A stretch of DNA of 50,242 nt from a virus (lineage: Duplodnaviria; Caudoviricetes), in the IMG/VR virus record IMGVR_UViG_3300006428_000045, positions 1-50,242 of that record. One strand, 5' to 3'. A program made the position numbers and the translations under genes. Below, one piece after another: positions 1-8,183 of this stretch. Below the pieces are notes generated by a model. That model did no database searches. It saw only the letters and a program-made list of their open reading frames with translations, and had not been told where the DNA came from. Within the stretch, counting starts at the first letter, position 1. Each line of letters opens with the position of its first letter.

Positions 1-1554
1 ATGAAACGCTATTTATATAGGACCGATTTGGAATCAGCAGTACGCACAGATGCGGATGTCGTGATCGTCGGAAGCGGGATTGCGGGACTTTATACGGCGC
101 TTAATCTTCCAACATCCATCCGGTGCGTTGTTTTGAATAAAGCCGGCATCGAAAACAGCAGTTCCATGTATGCCCAGGGTGGGGTCGCCGCCGTGCTCGA
201 CTCCAATAAAATCGGGGATGACCCGCAGCGGCATCTGGAGGATACGCTGACTGCCGGAGCCGGGTTATGCGACGAGGCTGCCGTTTCCGTTCTCGTGCAG
301 GAGGGCCAGGCCAATATTGAGCGGCTGATTTCTTTGGGAGTGCCGTTTGATCGGCGGCAGGATGGGGAACTCCGCATGACGCGGGAAGGAGGGCACCGGG
401 AAAACCGAGTCCTGCACTGCGGCGGCGATGCCACCGGACTGGGTATTACGAAGCAGCTTTATACCGTTGCCCTGAGCCGCAAAAACACCAAGATCCTGGA
501 TGAATATTTTCTGATCGATATTTTGACCGGGGAAAACGGCGCGGCAGGCGTTCTTGTACTGGACCGGGACAACCGACTCCATCAGCTATCGGCGCCCAAT
601 GTGGTTATTGCGGCCGGTGGTACCGGGCATATCTATCGCAACAGTACCAATCCTGCCTGTGCAACAGGCGACGGAATTGCGGCGGCCAAACGCGCGGGAG
701 CAGAACTTAAGGATATGGAATTTGTTCAGTTCCATCCAACCGCGCTGATTTATCCCAACGAGAGCGGGCGGTTTTTCCTGATCTCCGAAGCACTGCGGGG
801 AGAGGGCGCCATTCTGCGCAACCGCCGCGGGGATGCTTTTATGGAGCACGTCCATCCGCTGAAGGATCTTGCGCCCCGGGATATTGTTGCCAGAGCAATC
901 GTCCGGGAAATGATGAAATTTGATATTCCCTGCGTATATCTGGATATTACCGCACAGCCCAGGGAATTTTTAAAAAATCGCTTTCCGACGATCTATACGG
1001 AGTGCATGCGCCGCGGGATCGATATCGCCAGACACTGGATTCCCGTTTTTCCGGTTCAGCATTATTTTATGGGAGGCATCAAAACTGATTTAAACGCCTG
1101 CACCAGCGTCCCGGGCCTTTATGCCTGCGGAGAATCCGCCTGTACGGGCGTTCACGGGGCAAACCGACTTGCAAGCAACTCCCTGCTGGAATGCCTGGTA
1201 TTTGGCAGGCGCTGTGCCGCGCATCTTGAGAAAACCGTCAGAGGGAAACCGGGACGAGTTGACCTTCAGACGGCAGATGGAAGGAATCCGGACGGCATCG
1301 ATTTCGACTCCGTCAGAAGTGAGCTGCGCACGATGATGACACAGAAATGTGGAATTCTGCGCAATGGGGCTGATATGTCGGATGCTGAGGCCTGGGTAGG
1401 GGAATCTCTTGCCGGATTTGACGATATCGGGCTCAGGAGCAAGGAACAGATGGAAACTTTTAATTTGCTGCAGGTTTCATCTGAGGTGCTCAGGGCGAGT
1501 ATATCCAGAAAGAAAAGCATCGGAGCACATTACCGTACTGACGAAGATGCCTGA
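1..1554 (+). CDS. nadB: L-aspartate oxidase
   Basis: FAD-binding GSGIAG, SMYAQGG, TREGGH, EFVQFHPT, LISEALRGEG, HYFMGG and GVHGANRLASNSLLE motifs; adjacent to nadC. Confidence 0.96.
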   Translation: MKRYLYRTDLESAVRTDADVVIVGSGIAGLYTALNLPTSIRCVVLNKAGIENSSSMYAQGGVAAVLDSNKIGDDPQRHLEDTLTAGAGLCDEAAVSVLVQEGQANIERLISLGVPFDRRQDGELRMTREGGHRENRVLHCGGDATGLGITKQLYTVALSRKNTKILDEYFLIDILTGENGAAGVLVLDRDNRLHQLSAPNVVIAAGGTGHIYRNSTNPACATGDGIAAAKRAGAELKDMEFVQFHPTALIYPNESGRFFLISEALRGEGAILRNRRGDAFMEHVHPLKDLAPRDIVARAIVREMMKFDIPCVYLDITAQPREFLKNRFPTIYTECMRRGIDIARHWIPVFPVQHYFMGGIKTDLNACTSVPGLYACGESACTGVHGANRLASNSLLECLVFGRRCAAHLEKTVRGKPGRVDLQTADGRNPDGIDFDSVRSELRTMMTQKCGILRNGADMSDAEAWVGESLAGFDDIGLRSKEQMETFNLLQVSSEVLRASISRKKSIGAHYRTDEDA

Positions 1555-1573
1555 AGAAGGGGGAGAAATTCTA

Positions 1574-2410
1574 TTGCTCAGCAATTATCAGATGGATGAT
1601 CTGATTCGGCGGTCACTGGATGAAGACATTGGGACGGGAGATGTTACGACCAATTCGATTGTTGGTGCCGATTTGAAGATCAGGGGACGGTTCACTGCCA
1701 AGGAGAGCGGCATTATCTGCGGCCTGCCGGTTGTCAGACGCGTATTTGGGCTGCTGGATTCCGGGATCAAATTGGACGGGCAGATATTTGAGGGGGGTAC
1801 CGTCTCAAAGGGAGCGGTCATCGCTGAAATCTCAGGTCCGGCACAGCAAATCCTCACCGGGGAACGGGTTGCCCTTAATTTTCTCCAGCATCTTTCGGGA
1901 ATTGCGACCAGAACCCATGAGGCGGTGATGCAGGTGGCCGGTACAAAAACGGTGATTGCGGATACCAGAAAGACCACTCCCGGACTTCGTGTTCTTGAAA
2001 AATACGCCGTTTGCGTAGGCGGGGGCTCCAACCATCGCTTCAACCTGTCCGACGGTATCTTGATTAAAGATAATCATATTCGCGTGGCAGGAGGAATTCG
2101 CCAGGCCGTTGCGGCAGCACGCAAAAATGCAACGCATACCCTAAAAATCGAGGTTGAGACAGAGACGAAGGCTCAGGTTGAGGAGGCAATTGCCTGCGGA
2201 GCGGACATTATTATGCTGGATAACATGACCATTGAGGAAATGGCAAATGCGGTTGCCATGATTGATGGCAGAGCCAAGGTGGAAGCTTCCGGTAACATGG
2301 GAGAAAAAGATCTGAAAGAGGTAGCCGCTGCGGGGGTTGATATTATTTCGATTGGAGCCATCACGCACTCCGTCCGTGCGCTGGATATCAGTCTCCGATT
2401 TAACGATTGA
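1574..2410 (+). CDS. nadC: Quinolinate phosphoribosyltransferase (carboxylating nicotinate-nucleotide diphosphorylase)
   Basis: EDIGTGDVTT, ERVALNFLQ, DTRKTTPG, HRFNLSD, LIKDNH, EVE, IMLDNM and EASG motifs; TTG start chosen after GGGGGAG RBS (ATG 1547 is an alternative). Confidence 0.95.
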   Translation: MLSNYQMDDLIRRSLDEDIGTGDVTTNSIVGADLKIRGRFTAKESGIICGLPVVRRVFGLLDSGIKLDGQIFEGGTVSKGAVIAEISGPAQQILTGERVALNFLQHLSGIATRTHEAVMQVAGTKTVIADTRKTTPGLRVLEKYAVCVGGGSNHRFNLSDGILIKDNHIRVAGGIRQAVAAARKNATHTLKIEVETETKAQVEEAIACGADIIMLDNMTIEEMANAVAMIDGRAKVEASGNMGEKDLKEVAAAGVDIISIGAITHSVRALDISLRFND

Positions 2411-2420
2411 GGCGTTTAGG

Positions 2421-4073
2421 TTACAAGCTGCAAAAGAAAATATTCAAAATGAGGATACTATTATAATAATCAGGCAAAACAAAAAGTTCTGTAGTTATAA
2501 AACTACAGAACTTTTTTGGTGGAGCATGGCGTTTAGTGTACGAACTCGCGGAGCCTTTGCAATCTGTGGGTTCGTCGCCCTCAAACTCTACGCCGTCAAC
2601 GGCTTCTTGCATTTCCATGTAAGAAATCTGCTTGCCGCCCCGGATATTATAGAAGATCACAACCCGGTCGTCGTAGAGGTATACGCAGTTTATGAATGTG
2701 TCGATTATCCGGCGGCGGAAACTTTCGTCAAATAGATCACCCTTGCAAAACTGCTTTAACCATGCGATTATATCCGCTTCCGTGTAGCGAATGCCGTTCG
2801 CAATTTTCATCTTTGCAAGGTCAATTTCCAAATCGCCTTTTTGCTGGTCCGCAAGTTCGATCTTTGCGTTTATCCGGGCGTGCGCCGATTTCGGCGTGTC
2901 CATGAGCATATCAACCAGCTTGTCTATATCGCGGTCAAGCTTTGCAATCCGGCTTTCAAGATCACGAACCTTACCGTCGTTGAATTCCTTATCGTATTCG
3001 GCGACGACGGCGATGGCAATTTGCTTCATGCGTTCCGGGGTAAGAACGTATTCGACGGTCTGTTCCACAACATACCATTCGATGAAGTCTTTCTTTTCGT
3101 GCGCCTTTTTACAACCGTTACGCTGTATTCGCCGACCTTGACACTGATAATAATAATAAACCTCGCCCGTTTTGCTTGTGCCGCTCACGCCGACCATGGG
3201 GGAACCGCACGGGCCGCAAAAGCATTTCCCCGTCAAAAGATATTCCATCTTTGCGCCATTGCGCCCGCCCTCGCGTTTGTTACGGGCTATCCGCTCTTGC
3301 ACCTTATCAAAGGTTTCCTTGTCGATCAGTGCCGGGCATTCGTTTTCTACCTCGTTCCACCGCATAACGCCGATATACTTTTCACAATGCAAGGCCGTTT
3401 GAAAGGCGGTATTTCCGAACGGTTTTCCTACGGAATTTCTATAACCGCGGGCGTTAAGTTCGTCCACAATTTCTTTTTTTGGAACGCCCTTTGCGTACTG
3501 CTCAAAAACATATTGAATGACCGGGGCTTTTTCAGGGTCAATCACAAGATGGTGGTCAAGAACCTTGTACCCATAGGGAACGGAGCCGCCCAAAAACTGC
3601 CCTTTCAGTGCGCTATCCCGGCTTCCTCGCTTTATCTTTTGGGAGAGATCAACGGAATAGTATTCGGCGGAAGCTTCCAGCACGGCTTCCAGTATGATTC
3701 CCTCCGGGTTGTCCCCGATGTTCTCCATTGCGGAAAGGACCTTTACGCCGTTCGCTTTCAGCTTGTGGCGGTAAATTGCGCTGTCATAGCGATTACGCGC
3801 GAAGCGGTCCAGCTTATAGACGATCACATATTGAAAGGCTTTCTTTTTGGAATCCGAAATCATTTTTTGAAAGTCAGGGCGATCATCGGTTTTGCCGGAT
3901 ATGGCACGATCAATATATTCCCCTACAATGTTGTAGCCCTCGCGCTGGGCGTATTCGTGGCAAACCCGTAATTGCCCCTCTATGCTCTGTTCCGTCTGAT
4001 TGTGGGAGGAAAAGCGGGCATATATGACGGCGTTGGGGGTCTGGGCCGCGTCTGCTTTTACTGATTTTTTCAC
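2421..4073 (-). CDS. Large serine recombinase (phage integrase)
   Basis: AVIYARFSS catalytic Ser motif, DRAISG, KLDRFARN, recombinase domain (GGSVPYGY), Zn ribbon CGPCG..YYYQC..C, coiled coil; GTG start after GAAAGGGG RBS. Confidence 0.93.
   Translation of the reverse strand: MKKSVKADAAQTPNAVIYARFSSHNQTEQSIEGQLRVCHEYAQREGYNIVGEYIDRAISGKTDDRPDFQKMISDSKKKAFQYVIVYKLDRFARNRYDSAIYRHKLKANGVKVLSAMENIGDNPEGIILEAVLEASAEYYSVDLSQKIKRGSRDSALKGQFLGGSVPYGYKVLDHHLVIDPEKAPVIQYVFEQYAKGVPKKEIVDELNARGYRNSVGKPFGNTAFQTALHCEKYIGVMRWNEVENECPALIDKETFDKVQERIARNKREGGRNGAKMEYLLTGKCFCGPCGSPMVGVSGTSKTGEVYYYYQCQGRRIQRNGCKKAHEKKDFIEWYVVEQTVEYVLTPERMKQIAIAVVAEYDKEFNDGKVRDLESRIAKLDRDIDKLVDMLMDTPKSAHARINAKIELADQQKGDLEIDLAKMKIANGIRYTEADIIAWLKQFCKGDLFDESFRRRIIDTFINCVYLYDDRVVIFYNIRGGKQISYMEMQEAVDGVEFEGDEPTDCKGSASSYTKRHAPPKKFCSFITTELFVLPDYYNSILILNIFFCSL
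2481..2517. terminator. Bidirectional intrinsic terminator
   Basis: Perfect 16-bp inverted repeat AAAAAGTTCTGTAGTT-ataa-AACTACAGAACTTTTT with A/T tails on both sides. Confidence 0.75.
2517..2525 (-). other. Putative left attachment junction: displaced tRNA-Ala/tmRNA-like 3' end (GCTCCACCA)
   Basis: TGGTGGAGC reads GCTCCACCA on the minus strand, directly followed by the terminator; lies at the host/phage boundary; second copy not in window. Confidence 0.5.
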
Positions 4074-4159
4074 AACGAAACCCCTTTCATTCTCCCGCCT
4101 TTCGTGGTAACATAAAGGCAGGAATATTGTATCTTTGAAGTGGTGCAATCTCCGACAAA

Positions 4160-4195
4160 GCCGCCCGGTGCTGATTACGCCGGGCGGCATTTTTT
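4160..4195. terminator. GC-rich hairpin/terminator between lipoprotein and integrase genes
   Basis: GCCGCCCGG...CCGGGCGGC stem followed by a T-run on the + strand. Confidence 0.55.
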
Positions 4196-5015
4196 ATTTA
4201 GCGCTTAGTGCGGCGTGTTCGTAATAATCGTCCGCAATTTCGGGAAACTTATTCCAGTCAAAGTTATCGAAATTTATATTTTGAAGCGTTTCACGCTTAA
4301 TTAAAATCTTCATAACATTTTCGTCTTTGCTATTGCCGTATGAATCAATCAGCGGAAAAGACCAGAATATGCAAACTTGTGCAATTTCGGAGCGGGATTG
4401 AAGTTCTTTCAATATGTCGTTCGCCTGAACCCACATACCACTACGAATAAGATTTGTAGAAAGATTGTCTTTGCCCTTTAGATATATTTCAACGCCGCAA
4501 TCATCGGGAGATTCGGACCCAAAATTAGTGACAATAGTTACATTATCATTTTCGGCATTCGCGTCCTCTATCGCGCTTTCAACAGCTTCTTCAAGGGTTG
4601 CTTCACCAGAATCAGCCGCGGAATCGGAAGAACTGTCGGGTTCCGGGGTTTCGGTGGTGGGGTATACTTCTTTTCCTCCGCGCTCTACTCGATCTATTAC
4701 ACCATCGGTATAGTATACGTCAAAAGTAGAAGCGCCGCTTAAAACTGTGCAATGCCCATCATCACCCATTTTTCGAGAAACATCAGTTACTTTACTATCC
4801 AATCCGCATGATACAAGAACTATGAAAGCTTCATCGGACTGTTCTGGCGTAATACCCATGCCGGAAGCAAGAGAACTTTGCGAATCGCGGTAATAATCGT
4901 ACTGCTTTGACAAATCTTCTGATTTCGGCGTGTCAAAATCCGACACAACGCTACCACAGCCAGCGAGAAAGAGCGCAAGCGCGGCGGAAGCCGCAAGAAT
5001 GGGAAGCTTTTTCAT
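4194..5015 (-). CDS. Phage lipoprotein (possible superinfection exclusion/moron)
   Basis: MKK + hydrophobic stretch + lipobox LAGC; acidic; located between repressor and integrase. Confidence 0.7.
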   Translation of the reverse strand: MKKLPILAASAALALFLAGCGSVVSDFDTPKSEDLSKQYDYYRDSQSSLASGMGITPEQSDEAFIVLVSCGLDSKVTDVSRKMGDDGHCTVLSGASTFDVYYTDGVIDRVERGGKEVYPTTETPEPDSSSDSAADSGEATLEEAVESAIEDANAENDNVTIVTNFGSESPDDCGVEIYLKGKDNLSTNLIRSGMWVQANDILKELQSRSEIAQVCIFWSFPLIDSYGNSKDENVMKILIKRETLQNINFDNFDWNKFPEIADDYYEHAALSAK

Positions 5016-5064
5016 AATGGAACCGCCTTTCTTCCGCCCTCAGGGGGCGGCTTTTTTTATTTTG

Positions 5065-5556
5065 TCAAGCTTCTTTTATACCGCCGGAAGCTGGCGATTT
5101 TTCCGCCACTCTTTTTTCCTGCTCTAATTCGCGGCGGTAACTATCAACTTCCGCGTCAATATCAAATTCGGAAAACGCGTCACAATCCGCCGGGCAATCT
5201 GTTTCAGAAGCACCAACGAGGGAATATGCAAATTCCTTGATTACATTGCGCTGGGGTGCGGGAAGTTTGATAAAAGTTTCGATAAAACGGCGGCTGAAAT
5301 CATCAAGGCCATACTGCTTTACTAATTGCGCAAGAACTGTGCTGTCGTCCTCTATAAACATTACGCCAGTACCGTTACGGAACCATTCTTCATTAACGTG
5401 AAAAATGGCACAAATAGCTTTAATGTGCCGATCTGTAATTTCGCGTTTACCAACTTCCATCATTGCAAGCGTAGACTGGCCTATTCCAAGTGCCTTTGAA
5501 AACTCCGCTTGATTCATTTTTTCAGCGGCACGGACAAGCTTTAATCTGTCATTCAT
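5065..5556 (-). CDS. XRE-family HTH prophage repressor (CI-like)
   Basis: RLKLVR..MNQAEFSKALGIGQSTLAMMEVGKR HTH; divergent from the early operon. Confidence 0.88.
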   Translation of the reverse strand: MNDRLKLVRAAEKMNQAEFSKALGIGQSTLAMMEVGKREITDRHIKAICAIFHVNEEWFRNGTGVMFIEDDSTVLAQLVKQYGLDDFSRRFIETFIKLPAPQRNVIKEFAYSLVGASETDCPADCDAFSEFDIDAEVDSYRRELEQEKRVAEKSPASGGIKEA

Positions 5557-5580
5557 TGCTTGACACCCCCTTACAAAGCG

Positions 5581-5683
5581 AGATTATCACAAATGAAATA
5601 AAATGTCAAGGAAATTTAGAGAAAGCACTTGACATAAAGTTTCATATGTGATAAATTCTGAGTATAGAAAATCACAAATGAAA
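5581..5683. promoter_or_regulatory. Genetic switch: back-to-back sigmaA promoters with three ATCACAWATGAAA boxes
   Basis: Leftward TTGACA(5609-5604)-17-TAATCT and rightward TTGACA(5629-5634)-17-TAAATT, both with TG extended -10; boxes at 5586-5598, 5640-5652 (inverted) and 5671-5683. Confidence 0.75.
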
Positions 5684-5704
5684 CGAAAGGAGCGTGAAGC
5701 AGGA

Positions 5705-6097
5705 ATGAAGAAAATTGAAGCCGGGAAAAACGCCTACTATCAAAACCGATGGGAAAACAACGGATTCATTATTACGGAACTCACGGACCGCTGTTTCATC
5801 GTGTGGAAAAAGAAAGAAGTCGTGAAGACCACACACACGCTGGAGGAAGCGGAAGCGTTCACGAACCCCCCGGCGGCAGTCTATGAACTTAGCGCGGCGG
5901 ATATGGAAAAGCCGATCACGCCGGAAGAAGAGCGGAGGGCCACGGAAGACGGGGTATTTGCCTTAATGCCTGATGAAGAATCACACACGATGATTCTTGC
6001 ACCTTGGAAAGAGGACGAAACGGGAATCAAGCTTACCGTAAAAACCGCAAAAATCTTGATTGCTATGCTTGATCGTCAAATCCGTGAATGGTTATAA
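5705..6097 (+). CDS. Hypothetical early phage protein
   Basis: First ORF after the rightward promoter; no recognisable motif. Confidence 0.6.
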   Translation: MKKIEAGKNAYYQNRWENNGFIITELTDRCFIVWKKKEVVKTTHTLEEAEAFTNPPAAVYELSAADMEKPITPEEERRATEDGVFALMPDEESHTMILAPWKEDETGIKLTVKTAKILIAMLDRQIREWL

Positions 6098-6260
6098 CGG
6101 TTATCGTTCCGCTTTTGGGGAACGCCCGAAGTTTGCTTTGTCTTAACCACTTAAACGCGGCGGAGCGGGCTTCATCGGGTGAAAGTTTACGGAACGCTTG
6201 AATGATTACCACGAATTCAGTTCCGGGAACCTTGTACTTAGTTATGACGTTCGGACACAC
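6063..6260 (-). CDS. Small hypothetical protein (counter-oriented)
   Basis: GTG start with GAAAGGGGG RBS; fills the gap between + strand genes. Confidence 0.5.
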   Translation of the reverse strand: MCPNVITKYKVPGTEFVVIIQAFRKLSPDEARSAAFKWLRQSKLRAFPKSGTITVITIHGFDDQA

Positions 6261-6325
6261 ACAAACACCCCCTTTCCGCTTTGATTATATCACGGTCCGG
6301 GGAACAGAAAAAGGAGTGATAAACC

Positions 6326-6499
6326 ATGTTGAACAACGAAAGAAAAACCGCTGATTCCGCCGACGCGAAGCGGTGCGGGGCGGAGGAAATGACAAAAATC
6401 CTGTTGAAGCTTCCGCAGGCGGAGCGGGAAAAGCTTTTCTACATCATGAAAGGCGTTGAACTCACGGTTGAGAGAATGCCGGAAAAGCGGGCCGTGTAA
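6326..6499 (+). CDS. Small hypothetical protein (57 aa, not in ORF track)
   Basis: AAGGAG RBS, ATG 6326, MLNNERK...EKRAV-stop. Confidence 0.6.
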   Translation: MLNNERKTADSADAKRCGAEEMTKILLKLPQAEREKLFYIMKGVELTVERMPEKRAV

Positions 6500-6527
6500 T
6501 GCGGCCCGCGGCAAAGGAGGGATAGAG

Positions 6528-6755
6528 ATGGCGAAGCAGAAGTTTATTCAGATCGGAATAACGGCATTACGCGACCCGGCGACGGGCGGGTTCCTCCCCG
6601 CCGTCCCGCTCTACATAGAAGCGACAGAGGACGCAACCGCGGCGGAATCCGCTATGATTTACGACATTGGAAAAGTGTTCGCTGAAAAGATGAAACAGTA
6701 TATCGACGGCGGCGGGGCTATGCCGTGCCGCGGCGGAAAGGCGGCGGAAGCGTGA
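6528..6755 (+). CDS. Hypothetical phage protein
   Basis: AAGGAGG RBS; operon context. Confidence 0.65.
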   Translation: MAKQKFIQIGITALRDPATGGFLPAVPLYIEATEDATAAESAMIYDIGKVFAEKMKQYIDGGGAMPCRGGKAAEA

Positions 6756-7141
6756 CAAAGAAAAATCAATATCCCGGCGGCGTGAAGCTGACAGCGAAAA
6801 CGGCCCGCGCGATTGCAATTCAGGAATTCGGCACGGCAAAGGGGCTTGAAAAGGAAGAACCCGCCCCGTTCGGTTACTTCATCATGCGGCTGGGGAATCT
6901 GCATATTCGCATTCACCCGGACGCGTACAACGAAACGGGTTGCATTGTGGTTTCGGCTGAAATGAACTACGGGCGCGGGCAAACCCTGACGTTGCTGGAC
7001 ACGGAAACCCTGAAAGAAAACTTTGACGCGCAAGAACGGTTCATTGAGCGGGAGCGCGCGGAAGAGTTCAAAGATTGGGTTCTTACCAACGGCCCGGAGT
7101 TCTGCAACGGGCGGGTCAACCGCGTTTGGGAACAGGGGTGA
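6752..7141 (+). CDS. Hypothetical phage protein
   Basis: GTGA overlap with the upstream gene. Confidence 0.6.
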   Translation: MTKKNQYPGGVKLTAKTARAIAIQEFGTAKGLEKEEPAPFGYFIMRLGNLHIRIHPDAYNETGCIVVSAEMNYGRGQTLTLLDTETLKENFDAQERFIERERAEEFKDWVLTNGPEFCNGRVNRVWEQG

Positions 7142-7145
7142 CGGA

Positions 7146-7322
7146 ATGAAGCGTCAATTCTGCCTGCCCTGCTTCCTCGAACTCAAAAAGGCCGGGCGGC
7201 ACAACATTACCCGCGTCCGCGGCGGGGTCAATATGAAGATCACGTGCTGGAGGTGCAAGCGCCGCAGATTCGGGGCCGAATACGAAATTTCGTTGAAAGG
7301 CGGTGCGAACGGTGACACGTGA
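7146..7322 (+). CDS. Small Cys-rich (CxxC...CxxC) protein
   Basis: CLPC and CWRC pairs; RBS. Confidence 0.55.
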   Translation: MKRQFCLPCFLELKKAGRHNITRVRGGVNMKITCWRCKRRRFGAEYEISLKGGANGDT

Positions 7323-7521
7323 GGAATTGAAAGACGCGTTCATGCGGGGATTCCCGGTGGTTCACAACGGCACTACATATACGTGTGTTTCGGCGATCAT
7401 ATACCGCAAGAATCCAAACGGGCCGCACCTTTCTATTTGCGGTGAATTACTGGACCGCAACGGAAATTCAGTCACCATAGCCCCGCCGGAGCGGATAGAA
7501 AAGGCGGCGGAACATGGATAA
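7303..7521 (+). CDS. Hypothetical phage protein
   Basis: GAAAGG RBS; tight packing. Confidence 0.55.
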   Translation: MRTVTREELKDAFMRGFPVVHNGTTYTCVSAIIYRKNPNGPHLSICGELLDRNGNSVTIAPPERIEKAAEHG

Positions 7522-7900
7522 ACCGAAATATGAGTTCGTCGCCGTTGATTTTGACGGGACACTTTGCACCGACGCTTTCCCGGAAATTGGAGAGCCGAAA
7601 ACATTTTTGATTGAGTACGTGAAACGGCTTTCCGCGGCGGGGTCAAAGATTATCTTGCACACGTGCCGCGAGGACGGAACGCGAAAGCTCCTTTCAGAAG
7701 CGGTGGCGTTCTGCAAGGCGCAGGAAATCCCCCTTTTCGCCGTAAATGAGAATCCGGCGAACGAATACCCGGCCCGGTTCGGCCTATCCCCGCAAGACGG
7801 GCGCAAGGTGTACGCAGACCTTTACATTGACGACAAGGCCATAAACCCGCTGGAAATCTATTTTTTGGAGAACGGAGGGAGCGAAAATGACGCAGATTAG
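7514..7900 (+). CDS. HAD-superfamily hydrolase/phosphatase
   Basis: AVDFDGT motif I, LHTCR motif II, YIDDK motif IV. Confidence 0.8.
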   Translation: MDKPKYEFVAVDFDGTLCTDAFPEIGEPKTFLIEYVKRLSAAGSKIILHTCREDGTRKLLSEAVAFCKAQEIPLFAVNENPANEYPARFGLSPQDGRKVYADLYIDDKAINPLEIYFLENGGSENDAD

Positions 7901-8183
7901 GACAAGCCCCCGCAAAGCGGAGAGAACGGCGCAGACACGGAAGACCGCGCAAAAGCGCGGCTGGACGATCACAAAGTATGCGATTCTCACGATTTGCGGG
8001 TTTGCTATGTTCCGGGTTGCTTCCGCCTTTGCCCTTGCGGAGCGGGGATATACAGCAATCGGCGGCGAAACGGTCTTTATCCTCTTGCCCCTCTTCTATT
8101 ACATTTTGTCGGCTTTGGCGCGCGATACGCGCCGTGACATAAAAAATTTTAAGGAGGACATAGAAAATGAAACATCTTTGTGA
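7887..8183 (+). CDS. Small membrane protein
   Basis: Two hydrophobic segments; GGAGG RBS. Confidence 0.6.
   Translation: MTQIRTSPRKAERTAQTRKTAQKRGWTITKYAILTICGFAMFRVASAFALAERGYTAIGGETVFILLPLFYYILSALARDTRRDIKNFKEDIENETSL

Noticed and set aside
2517-2600. Complete tRNA gene on the minus strand
   Set aside because: Only the CCA end matches; no cloverleaf can be built from upstream sequence
2841-3971. 376-aa + strand ORF
   Set aside because: Antisense shadow of the integrase; no motifs or RBS
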